Assembly (NCBI GenBank): GCA_030265395.1
Contig: JARFYF010000056.1
Location: 14,684,113-14,747,652, forward strand
Source: Rhina ancylostomus
Taxonomy: Eukaryota
Length of the DNA: 63,540 nt
Direction: 5' to 3'
Shown here piece after piece: positions 39,561 to 51,600 of the stretch. A program made the translations under genes and the position numbers. Numbering within the stretch: the stretch's first letter is position 1; every line of letters begins with the position of its first letter. The notes under the pieces were generated by a model. It worked only from the letters and a program-made list of their open reading frames with translations, had not been told where the DNA came from and searched no databases.

Positions 39561-41663
39561 GTGTAATAACAAGATAGGAAGTCGACAATCAGGCGAGTTT
39601 ATTTAACATAAAATTTAACTTTGAGCTTAAATTCCAGAATGCAGCAATTCCCAAACAAAATAATTTCTTTCCTGTCGATGCCCCGAGCTACATAAACGCA
39701 TTAGAACTCTCACTTGTTTTTTTTTAACTTTATAACATGCGATACATCTTCAACACGCCCACAACAGAAGAACGAAAACCTGGTAAGTGAACGGAGGACA
39801 CTGTTTAAAGATAACGAGCCCGTATTGTTCCTTGGCGCAGTTTGAATCCAACACAGCTCCGGCAGCTGATGAAGCCCCCACTGTGGATCCTAATGTTGGC
39901 TTCGACTGCTAAGTGTAGGAATTACCACAATATTGTCCCGTGATGCCTGTCCATACACACTGACACTGCACAATCTGCTGGTTGGGGGAATTTCTAAATA
40001 ACAGAGTCCGCTCTCAGTGCACTCGGTATACCAGTAGCAGATTCCTCGAGTAAAGTAAGTAAAACTGGAGACGAAGTAATAATGAAGGAGCGGTGAAGGA
40101 GGCGCAATGTGAAAATAAAAGCTACAAGAGACACGGGGGGAAGTTACAGACCCAGTGAAGTCGGTGGCCTGGGCTATCCGTAAGCCGTGCTCGAATATTG
40201 CTGGGGATTCACATATTAACCACTGCGCTTTACCGCAGGCGGTATATTCACGGTTTCGTGTGTCCCCGCTTAAGATGTTCCTGTTTGATTGCCTATCGAG
40301 CATTTCCTGAAAATAACCGATATCGTTTCTCCTTAATGTGAGCACAACATTGGAAACTGATTAACCGCCCCCACACACAAAAGAAAACTCATCCTATTCC
40401 TCGGACACGGGTGGTGTTGATAGTTGGTACAAGTCCGGATAGAATTACGGAAACACGCGCTGCCTTCGCAGCTCTGAAACGCTAACTGCCCCTCTGCCTA
40501 CCATACACACACCACAGCGGCTTGTAGAGATGGGGTACAAATGGGTGGGGTGGGCTACAGTGTCTCTGGGAGCTTGGAAACTCCTGGCCACAAGAGTATA
40601 TAGAAAAATGCCACAATTGCTCAAGTATCGTCGGCATTGATACTTTGGGGGAAACGCACCTGACACGGGAGCTGAAATACCCCACCAACATACGCTGTGG
40701 GTTCGGAGGGACCGGGACAAGAGTGCGGGGGGTTGGGGGAGAAGCAGAAAACTGGTCGTTTCTTGCTGTTGGGGCTTACAGAAAACTATTCCTGTCTCTC
40801 CCAATGCCGAACAATGAATGATGTCCCTGTATTGACAGCCAGACCAGACACGCGCTCTACATCTGTTGATAGAATTTCCTAACAATGAGCCTCATTACAT
40901 ATTCATAACGTGTGCTGCTTACCAGCCAGCAGAAGGATGGTTAAAGTTACAATTTATCTTTTTAAAAACGAAATGGTTAATACACTCCGCTTCCTTTACA
41001 TTGCTTACAGACACCAAGTCGCATGAAAAAAGTATCAATTCGTGCGAAATATCTTTTATATTAAACACCGCCTAGCATGAAGAAACTAACATCGTTACAT
41101 ATTCATTATGAGTTAGTTGGGACGGCAGAAGGCTTTAATTTTGCTTGTTCGATCACAATGGGAATCGGACACAGCATACAAGACTGTCAAACTTTTGCAA
41201 ATGCATTTTGAAATGCGTTCTTATTCTCTTTAGGAAGCCCTCTCTTTTCGTACTGACTTGAATATCGAGGCGTATCTTGCTATTTTAGCCCGGGGCAGTT
41301 AGAACTGCAGGCTCAAACGAAGCAACCGCTGACTAAACTGTGGCGTTGAGGAAAGATGCGCTGGTGAGGGTGAATGNNNNNNNNNNNNNNNNNNNNNNNN
41401 NNNNNNNNNNNNNNNNNNNNNNNNNNNNNNNNNNNNNNNNNNNNNNNNNNNNNNNNNNNNNNNNNNNNNNNNNNNNNNNNNNNNNNNNNNNNNNNNNNNN
41501 NNNNNNNNNNNNNNNNNNNNNNNNNNNNNNNNNNNNNNNNNNNACATAAAATGAACCCCCTTCCCCTTTATTTAACGGCAGAGCCGTATAATTCACCCAG
41601 CGCTAAAATGCACATTTTAATGTCAAGGAACTCAGGCTAAACTCGCACTTGGAGATCTCTTAC

Positions 41664-41736
41664 CTGCACTGCCATTTAACCGTGGGCGATCTGTCGATTT
41701 GGTGCAGCTTGTGGATCCGGGGTGTTCCAGCAGCAT
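41664..41736 (-). CDS. lhx3: LHX3 first coding exon (isoform a type), MLLEHPGSTSCTKSTDRPRLNGSA+G
   Basis: Hand translation of the reverse complement: ATG at 41736, 73 nt (24 codons + 1), then a strong donor CAG|GTAAG. G + AT of exon 2 gives GAT (D) in frame with IPLCAGC. The N-terminus MLLEHPGS matches fish Lhx3 and resembles the MLLE start of mammalian LHX3a. Confidence 0.93.
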
Positions 41737-42130
41737 TTTATTTCGAGTTCCGACGGAAGTTTTCTTCATAAATAATACTTTAAGTATATAACGGGGAGAA
41801 GGCAAGTTGGAGTGTGTAATCCCTCCAGGATAACCGCGGCAGGGAGTCGCAGCCGAAGCTACTGGTGTCTGTGAGAGGACGAATGTAAATTCCTGTAATC
41901 AGCTGACCCTCAAGTCGCCTCTGGGAGGTTCACTCTTTAGCATAACAAATGCCGCTGCAAATTGTGCTGTCCTCGGGCTGGCATAAAGGAGGCTGATCGC
42001 CGTGACGGGTGTGTTCACCCCGTGTCGCCAGCTACATGCCTATCCACGTGTCGCTGTTTTTTTCCACAATGGAACGGTGCAGAGAGACAACCTCCTTTCA
42101 CGTTGCTTTTATCCAAGCACAATGCCACTT
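41737..42130 (-). promoter_or_regulatory. LHX3a 5'UTR / proximal promoter region
   Basis: CpG-rich sequence directly upstream of the exon 1a ATG, with a bicoid-class TAATCC (PITX/OTX) site at 41817-41822. TSS not determinable from sequence. Confidence 0.55.
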
Positions 42131-42606
42131 NNNNNNNNNNNNNNNNNNNNNNNNNNNNNNNNNNNNNNNNNNNNNNNNNNNNNNNNNNNNNNNNNNNNNN
42201 NNNNNNNNNNNNNNNNNNNNNNNNNNNNNNACGCACAATGCCACTTCTTTCGTGATTCTTTTTACATCAATACGTGGAGACTATAATCTTAAAAATTATA
42301 TATAATTTACATTTTTATCCTTGGATGTTGGTCTGTACGAACTATCTGGATTTGTGTAACAACCATATCCTCATTGCAATGAATGCGTATAGACATTTAC
42401 AGCATAACTATGCACATAAACATAGACAGAGAGATACAGACATATAAATCAACATGTACACACACACACCACACACACAGTTACAGTACTCAAATAGCTC
42501 GTTTCCAACTAATACATTTAACCAGCCTCCATTCAAATAATGACCTGAGCATTTAAACAGCGGTCTTCCTGTGGAAATGCTGCGGCGGAGATAGAACAGT
42601 TTTTCT

Positions 42607-42670
42607 TTACAAAACGCTTTCATTTTATCAAAGGCAACTTACAAAACGCTTTCATTTTATCAAAGGCAAC
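42607..42670. repeat. Perfect 32-bp tandem duplication
   Basis: TTACAAAACGCTTTCATTTTATCAAAGGCAAC occurs twice in tandem. Confidence 0.95.
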
Positions 42671-44459
42671 AACTTGAGTTTATAAAATGCCCGTAACGGA
42701 GGAAAATCTCGGTGCTTAACCGAAAGGTAACTTTGTCAATGATAATTCGGTGCTGGTGCCGAGAATTCCGTAAATTTATTTTTAGATTAAGATTTTCAAC
42801 TGTTCAACTGTCGAAAGACTGTAGGTTCTGCGATCATTTTAATGCAGAAATTTCAATAAAACTCCAGCTAAGTTTTAACTTTCACATAGAGATTAGATAA
42901 GTATCTGAGACGTGAGGATTGCAGGTCAGTGAACGGAAATCCAGGGGCTCCCGAAACACACAGATGGCTAGTCAGTAGCTGGGAAGAACAACTGAGTTCG
43001 GGCCTTTCCACAGAGCGGCCGGCAGCAGGTGCCGCTCCTCAACGTGAGTACGACAAACTTTTTGCTTATACATAAATGTGTAACCCAGGTTCTGGTTAGG
43101 TTAAAACTTATGGTGTTCACTGCTGTTACACTTTGTCAGGGCTCCTGCTTTTAAATACTCCATTCTCTTCGGCTGCGAATAATGGAAATCTGAACTAAAT
43201 CATGAAAAGCTCGCTTTAACAACTAAGATTTGTTTTGGTCTAAACCCCACCTGTCTCCACTACTGGAGAAATCGAGAATAAAGACGCACAATCTTAAAAT
43301 ACGTGCCAAACCATCCAGGAGCGAAATCAGGGAGCTCGATCACAGTGTAGATGTAGAACTGGCTCCTCAGTGGGGTCTGGAGCTTTTCTCTTGGAGAGGC
43401 GCAACTCAGCTTCCCGCGCTGAAATGGATACATACTCGTTATATACAGCATGTATCCATTTCAGCATGTGTCCGGAGTGGCGCTCCGGAGCAGTCGTGAT
43501 GTGGGACGGGGGAGAGGCCAGAGGCCAGAATGACCAATTCCTCTTTCTGCTGTTTCTATCTTCCCACTGCCTCCGAAATGTTTAAACCCCAAGAATATTC
43601 TTAAGTTATTGGCTACTTTCGTTAAAATGTGAACTACTATGGAAGGCAAACATACCCCACAGATGAAACCGAAGATGACACGTCTTCGAGGTATTGACTT
43701 CTGTTTTCTGCGGTAATATCAGTGAACACAACGTCAGTCTTGCTAAGTGGTCAATCATTTCACTTCATTGCACCCAAATATTAAAACAACCAGTTGACAT
43801 TAAGGTAACAGTAAGATTTGCAGATTAAGTATTTCAAGGTAGCATTGCAATGGGGTTCAAAAACGGGTAGAATAGTGCTGCAGATATTACAGGACGTGGG
43901 AGGTTTGCGACACATCATTCGTACACAGTGCTGCAGTGTTTAATGTGCACCGGGGCAGTCAGACGTTACCCGGAGTACGAACCTCGCACCACATGAAGTG
44001 AAGTATACCAAGATCAATATGACTTATTATCAATTTTCCGCGCAGATGAGTGCGGGAAAGCCACCTGAACGTTATGGAATGTTCCAGATCAGAATGTTCC
44101 AGACAAAAAAAAGGAGGTAAGTCTTTAACCTGCGATTTGTTTTAAATTGGCCGGACTGGGGACGCTTTGCAATGACGTTTCGTGTCCTCAGTTACACCCT
44201 GAGCAGCCGCCTTGGAGCTCAGTTTAATTGGGAGAGGTGTGTGACATTCTGCCTTGGTGGATCTTTGGAATAAAACAGTGTGATCAGCAGAGCGGGGATA
44301 TGGACTGCAGGGAGACAACGAGGGACAGAATAGCACAGGAGTTGCCGGTGCTGGCGGACGGAGGCTGTGACAGCACGTTAGCCACTACTGATCCAGAGGA
44401 GGTGTAAGCAAGAGATAAATGAGAGCAGAGGAAAGCGAGACAGTGCTGGAACTGTAAAA

Positions 44460-45630
44460 TGCAGTCGCATCTGAAATAAAGGAGACTGCTGGGGATACTC
44501 AGTCAGCATCTATGGAGAGAGGACATTGGAGTTAATATTACGGGTCAATGCAGCACACATAAAAAGTGCTGGAGGAGCTCAGCAGGTCAGGCAGCATCCA
44601 TGGAGAGAAATAAGTAGTCGATGTTTCGGGTCGGGACCCTTCATCAGGACTGGTTGTCAATGATCACGGTGGCATTTACAGGTCGATGATCTTTCAGTGG
44701 ATGAACATCATTGACCTGAAATATTAAGCCCGGTTGTTTCTCCACAGAAGCAGCCCAACCTGCCGAGTGTTTCCAGCATTTACTGTTGAAATTTCAGATT
44801 TCCAGCATATGACAATTTTTAAAAACTTCACTCTGGATATCTGAACGCTATGAATTCAATGTTGAGTCCTGGTGGGTGTAACGTGATCTGTAACAAGATC
44901 TCAAGGCTTCTTTGGAATAATGTAGAGATAGAACAGCCACAACAGGAGTGGGGTGGAGAATTATAGTTACAGGTAACTGGAGATTCAGTTACCATTGCTA
45001 ACTAATAAGAGGTATCATTCACCCATTCTGCGTTTGTTTCTCCTATATAGAGGGGAGCACATTGTGAAGAGCAAGTGTAGTAAACTAAACTGGAGGAAGT
45101 ATAAGTGAATCGCTGTTTCAGCTGAAAAGAGTTGTTTGGATCCCTCGATGGGAAGGGAAAAGGTAAAAAAAAAACACAGCCATTGCATCTTCCTTGGCTG
45201 CACAGGAAGGTGCCATGAGAAGGGGTTTGGTTATCACCAACCCCCCCCCCCCACCCACGAATGCTCAAGGCAATGTGTCTGTGTCTTGTGGTGACATCCC
45301 ATTGAAATTACGGACTGCGATCGGCTGAAAGTGAAGGCTGGTGAGGCGGAAGTGAGGATAAGGGAAGCCCTATCCCGGTTTGGGGGGATGAGAGCAGAAT
45401 TTTCCTAAAATGGAGGGTGTTTGCGAGCCTACCAACTACAGTGGAGGGGGAATCAAGATCGAACACAAAGGAAAACGGCTCAGAAACATTGACGTGGAAG
45501 GAGTCAGAAGAACAGATATGAAGGAGCCGGAGAAGCTGGGAGAATGGAATGGAGTCCTGCAGATGTCAGAAAGCCAAGGTTCTGGAGCCAAGCAAGGACC
45601 AGTCTACACCAGCTCTGCTCTTGTGCACTG
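44460..45630 (-). mobile_element. Decayed Penelope-like element (GIY-YIG region + fold-back terminus with nested insertion)
   Basis: ORF 45002-45268 contains QRFTYTSSSLVYY..C..LYIGET (GIY-YIG). Terminal repeats occur in both orientations at 44460-44810. Confidence 0.75.
44616..44651 (-). ncRNA. Minimal type-I hammerhead ribozyme motif (Penelope-associated)
   Basis: Minus strand reads AGUC-CUGAUGA-A-GGGUC-CC-GACCC-GAAA-C-A-UC-GACU. Stem I AGUC/GACU, both core boxes and stem II are intact. Stem III is minimal and the cleavage triplet is AUC; ACAU is probably CpG-decayed ACGU. Confidence 0.7.
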
Positions 45631-47524
45631 AGACTGGATTATTGTGAAGGCACCCCCACAAAGAGTGCATTTTCCATCTGGTTTGAGGGAGAGAATCAGT
45701 CCAGGACTAATATTTTAAAATTTAAAAAGTCATTTCTGAGGGCAGGAAATCAGATAGATCTGAAGTTAACTGGCAGATTTGGGTAAGGGATGATCAGTCC
45801 CACTTCAGTTTCTAGACATTTAAGGGAACCTTTCAGAATGCCATAATAAACACATTCCAATGAGAAAGGGAAAAATATTCAAAGGGAGAGCCCAGCATCC
45901 GTGCTTAACTGAAAACATTAAAAAGAGTATCAAACTTACAAAAAAAACATATAATTGTACAAAGACAGGCGGTATGTCAGCAAACTGGACATAATATACA
46001 AAACAGCAAATAAAAGCTATAAGATTAATAAGGAAGGAAAGATAAGGAATGATTGGAGAATGAGACAAAAGTAGTCAGAATCGTAAAAACAGGTAGCAAG
46101 CGTTCCTACAGTTCTTACTAAAGAGTAAGGAGTTAACGACATGAGTGTGGTTCCAAAGAGGAACGAATCATGAGAAATAAGAACATGGCAAGTGAATTAA
46201 ACTGGAATTAAAATTAACTTCTTTATGCAAAATAGGAAGGGAGACAGAGAGCAGGAAAGTACAGGCAATCTGGATTAACATATGTCATAGGGTAAACATT
46301 AGGAGCTATTATTATTATTATTATTATAGCAGGTCATCCAGGAAAAAAAAACAAGGTGATCAGGCAAAGTCAACGTGGCTGTGTGAAGAAGAAATAACTG
46401 AAGAAGACCAATTTACTGGAGTCCTTCGATAAAGTAACGTGTGCTGTGGACAACAAAGGAGCAGTGGATAAATTGGCGTATTATTGTCACATGTACCAAG
46501 GTACGTGAAAAGCTTTAGTGTGCGTGCCATCCAGACAGATCATTCCATACATAAGTGCATTGAGGTAGTACAAAAGGAAAAAAAAACAGAATGCAGAATA
46601 TAGTGTTACAGAGAAAGTGTGGTGCAGGTAGACAAGAGAAGTGCAAGAACCATGACGAGATAGGCTGAGAGATCAAAAGACACACAGGATGGCCATTCAG
46701 CCAATCAGCTCCCTGTCATCTCCTAGTGAGCAATCCCAGACCCCCTTCCTTGTTTCCCTGTCCCGCCGCTACTGATTCGATCTCATACATGCCCATTAAC
46801 TGCCGTTAGATTCCTTTTGTCATTAACCACCACTAAGGGGTAATTGGCCATTTAATCTGCCAGCGTGTCTGTCTGATCTGGGGAGAAATTAGAGCACTCT
46901 GGAGCTGTGAGTCAGCAGCACTGACTGCTGGACCATCGTGCTTTTGTTCTTAATTTTTTTTCTGCTAAAATGCATATTTTCATAATTTCACACATCATTT
47001 TCCATTTGCCAGACTTTGCCCACTACCATAACCTATCTACGTGCCGCCATTAGATTTGTCCATTAGATCCTCTTCGCAACTTACTTTCCTCTCGATCTTT
47101 GTGTTACAAGTTCATTTAGCAATCATAACCTTGGTGCCAAGTGATTTATATAATTTGTAAAGAACTGAGTCCTCAGTACTGATCCTGATGGATTCACTAC
47201 AAGGTGCATGGATATCACGGAGGATGATCCATGAATGCGGAGGCTGGTGGGTGTCAACCTTTTATGCCAACCTTCTGCTTTCCATTAGCCAGTAAATCTT
47301 CTATCCATGTAATTATATTTCCCCACAGACTGTGAGATTTTATTTGCTTCTCTGAAAATCTAAATATGATATAATTAGTGCTGCTGGCTTACAGCTTTAG
47401 GGACACCCAGATTTGATCCGAACGGGTGCTATTTGTGTAGAGTTTGCATGTTCTGTCCATGACTCGGTGGGTTTCCTCATGGCACGTCACCATGCGATGC
47501 AGAACATGCATCTCCTGCCCTTCT

Positions 47525-48305
47525 ACCGCTTTCCTTTCCACCATTCAGAGATTCAAATAAGCTTTTCAAGTGAGGCAGCAATTCACATGAACTTCTTTCA
47601 ATTTTGACGAATCCGTGCTTCAATATGGTCCCTTCTATATTGAATAAAACAAACACAGCTTGAGTGACCACTTTGCAGATCATCTCTGTTCAGTCGGCAA
47701 GGCTGACCCTGTGCTTCCAGTTCCTGTCATCTTGGTCTCGTTGTCTTTGCCACCTTACACTGTTCCAACACAACCCAACCTTAGTCTGGCTAAGCATGTC
47801 ACAGCCCCCAGGACTCAGCACTGAGGGTTGTGGCATGTTTACTGACATATTTCAAATATCCTATCTTTCTAGTTTGCACCAGAACTTGGCAGTTCTTATG
47901 AAATGACATCAACCTCTAACATTCCTTCCCATTTTTCTCTCCGCGCAGATGCTGCCCGACCGGCTGTGCATTTCCAGCATTCTCCGTTAGTTCCGATTTC
48001 CAGCTACTGAAATGTTCCGTATCTCACGGATCCAACATCCTACCCCCACCCCCGCCCCCTTCTCATCTACCTCTTTCTATTCACATTTCCTCCCGACGGA
48101 TCGGTTGCTCTCTCAGCCGGCACCACCAGTCTCCTTTGGCCTCCACCTATCGTGGACATTCCCTTTGCTCACGCCACTTTTCCCATTCTTTGCAACTTTA
48201 GTTACAGTACGTTTAACTTCCAACTTTTCCAGGTTCTAAAAAAAACTTTTTTTCTCCACAGCTTCACGGTCTGCCGTGTACTCCCAGCATTTTATGTTTT
48301 ATTTC
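47525..48305 (+). mobile_element. Decayed Penelope-like element fragment (GIY-YIG + termini)
   Basis: SFQVRQQFT..., gtgaccactttgcaga and gaccctgtgcttccagtt match 1290-1350. Terminal gatgctgcc..cagcatt copies at about 47945-48000 and 48255-48305. Confidence 0.7.
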
Positions 48306-50457
48306 AAAAGAAAAACAGCAGTGGAACTAACCATTGATCGGACCGGGTCAGTCACTTCAAAGGTTAGCAAGCATGGACACAGATTTCAGGAATTGTTAAT
48401 TCAGTGCTCTTTAAAATTCCATTTGATTCTAGCTAGGCTGTGAAATGACAATCATTTAAAACCACCAGCAGCTAAAACAACTTACACTACCGAAGAAAGT
48501 GCTGTAACTTCGAGTGATGGTGAAATGTCCCTGACAATAATTAACACGTATTACCACAAAGGGAAACGTTTTGGAAACGAGTCGTGTGATCACCTTCACT
48601 TTTCAGTCATCCGGATCTCACTCATTCCTGGAATATGGGACGAGTCGATATGGCGAGTGCTTATTCTGAGGCCCCTTATTCTGGACATTTTTCACTTGAT
48701 TTACTTTCGAATAATCGTATTGATTTATATTGGAAAGATTTCATAATTTGGACTAAACCGCTGGAATTCAAAATATATTTTTCAAAGGGGAAAGCTTGAG
48801 GGATCCAGAAATCTATTTGTTACACGAGCAATCACTGACTTCTCACTGACAGGGCTGGGATCAAGTATTGACAAATTCATCTGCTCAGCCAATAGACTCA
48901 CGGTAATAGCAACCGGCCAGTCAGACAATGGGGGTTATACCCCCGGCGCCAGTTTCCCATATTTTCTTAGATACGGATCTGCAAAATTATTAGCAAGCAC
49001 CCAAACCCTCCACTGAGATTGTTGATCCAAATTATCTGGGATGTTTAACGACCCCGAAAGTGGACAATGGAGGTGTCGCGCTTCTTCCGGCTACTTGAGT
49101 AGCAGTTACTCAGGTGAAACCGGACCAGGTAGGTCCTCGACAAAAAAAATGCAGGAAGTCGAGTCAAAGACCATCATTACAATCTAACTACGGGCTAGTC
49201 AGCAGCCACTATACTTAGAAAGAACGGTTTATAGAGATAGAAATGTTACTGGAAAGTGCAGTTCCATGGCTCCCGAGGACGTGCGTTCACTAAGTCAACA
49301 CCCTTCAATGCACCACGTCCAATGCACCACGGTCCTTGTGCATTTCAGGGGTGAAGTAACATACGACCTTGAAACGCTGGGAGAAGGGGATTTTCGATCT
49401 TTGGTTTAAATCTAACCTGTTTAGTTTGCCATATTCCTTTTATTTGTCAATGAAGTATCGAATAATTATGCTTTAAATCTTCCTTTGTCAATAATAATCC
49501 CCCAGCTTTCAAAGTTGGACCTGGCGACTTGGAATTTCTGTTTAACCCAATCCACTGTCGCGGAAGTTATGAATTGTTCAACGAAATACATTCTAACTCA
49601 CACCCAAAGTCCCTTCAAAGCGACACCAAGTTTTAGTTTAAGAGCTCAGGTCAGCTCACGTGTCTAATTGTAAAGGGTTGCCTTTGATAATCACGCTTGT
49701 TACAGCGTGGGTGTTCATCAGGTTTAATCCGTTTACCAGACACTGTGAGAAGATTATAGTTAATAGACAGAGCATAAACTCCGTTTGAAGGCAGAAGAGG
49801 CACATATGTCTGGCTCCTTTCACACAGTATAACACTGGAAGTGAAAAGCAGTACGTTGTGTCCCAGTATCACACTTGTTACAATAGGTCGTTAGTCTCTC
49901 CCCGTCGAATTAGGAGACATGCGAACTGTAGATATTTCAATTGTAGGATTTTGATATTTATAAGTTGAATCGAACAGTTTGTTATAAATCGATTTCTCTT
50001 TAGCCTGGGCACACCACATTACAGCTGAATAATTGTATTGTGCGCCCTTTCCCGCTGATTCCGGCGCTGCTGCCGTTTAGACTCAGGAGCATGTTATTTG
50101 CCTGCATTACCCTGCCCCTAACACACTGGAAGAAACGGGCAGGAGGGATCGAGAACCAACAGGACGATGCAACCACGTGCGCTTTGTGGGGGCAGTNNNN
50201 NNNNNNCTGTGATAAAAGAGACGGGCGAGGCGGTTAAAGGCCCGGCTGCGGTGGGAGAGCGGGCCTTTGGTCGGCCGACACATCGGACTCCAAGGACTTC
50301 GCTTTCCCCGCTCGCTGGCTGGCAGCCGCGTTCACTTTATACCCCAACGCCTGAACGTGAATGAGAATACGCCACGCGTCCCCGTTATCGCTCAAATAAC
50401 TGTTAAACGTATTGCATTTGTTAAACTGTACGGTTATGAATGTGTTTATCAACGAAG

Positions 50458-50790
50458 CTGTGTGAGTGTATGTGAATAAGGTGTGCATGGGAGTGTGAGT
50501 GTGCTTGTGAGGTGTGTATGGGGGTATGCGTCATATGAGGCTGTAACTGAAGGTGAAAATGAGTGTATGTGAATCACTGTGGAAGTGTGCATGAGTGTGA
50601 GCAGTAATTAGTGCACATGTGACTGAGTATATGTCAGTGAGGTGTGTGAGTGAGATGGAAGTGTGTAAATAGGTGTCTATATATTGGGTTTATTGGCATC
50701 TGTGTGGATGTCAATGGGTGTGTGCTTGCAGTTTAGGCGTGTATGTGTGTATATGTGTTCTGAGATCTATCTGCATGTTATGTGTGGAGG
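50458..50790. repeat. Degenerate (TG)n tract
   Basis: Direct reading. Confidence 0.8.
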
Positions 50791-50854
50791 AAGAGATGGG
50801 GATGTTGAAAGTCACTTCTTGGCTTTTCCTCCCTTCAAGCCACATTAGGAACTC

Positions 50855-51600
50855 CTAAATCAGGATGCTTGAAGCAGAAGCTGGCAGAGGCCATTCAATA
50901 AGATTGTGGAAGATCATTGCCTGTACTACCATATATCCCTTGATTCCCCTACTATCCAAAAATCTATCAATCTCTGTACTGAATGGTCCTCCATCATTGT
51001 CTTGGATAAAGATTTTCAATGATTCACTATCCTGAAAGTGAAAAAAATTCCTTCTCATTTCTGTCCTGAATGACTAACCCCTTCTTTGAGACTGCGACCT
51101 CTGGTTTTGGACACCTCAGCCAAGGGAAATATCATCCATAGTGCCCAGTCCCATTGGAATTTTGTACCTTTTTAATGGGAACTAATGAAACAAAGAGCCC
51201 AGAATATCCATCCTGGCCAAAAAAAATAGGTGGGGTTAATCCCTTTTAAAAGATCTTGTTCCATTATCCCGCAGGTTATGACTCTTCAAATAGTCATCCA
51301 GGTAATTTTTTTTAATGAACTTCTGCCTCTCTAATCCCTGCTACTCAGTGAGTGAAAAATTCCCCCAGGATCTTTCGACTAATCAATTTAAGTCTATGCT
51401 CCTTAGCTATTTTCCCCCTACTACGAGATACAGGTCATTCATGTTTACTCTGCTTAAACCTCTCAATTTTATACATTTTGATTACAATCTCTCCTCAGTT
51501 TTTTCATTTTAAAGAAAACAACCCGGCTTGTAGTTTTTCTTCATAACTATTTCTCCATCCCTAGGAACATCCTTGTTAATATTGTCTACACCCTCGCTAG
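50855..51600 (-). mobile_element. Decayed CR1 3' ends (reverse orientation)
   Basis: gaagcagaagctggcagaggccattc..cccttgattcccctactatccaaaaatctatcaatctc..gtgaaaaaattccttctcatttctgtcctgaat is approximately the reverse complement of the CR1 tail at 20350-20600. Confidence 0.65.

Noticed and set aside
27203-44120. Consensus plus-strand splice donors (CAG|GTGAGT ~27206, CTG|GTAAGT ~39783, GAG|GTAAGT ~44117) hinting at an antisense lncRNA
   Set aside because: A few such matches are expected by chance in 63 kb, and no coherent exon chain was found. Needs RNA data.
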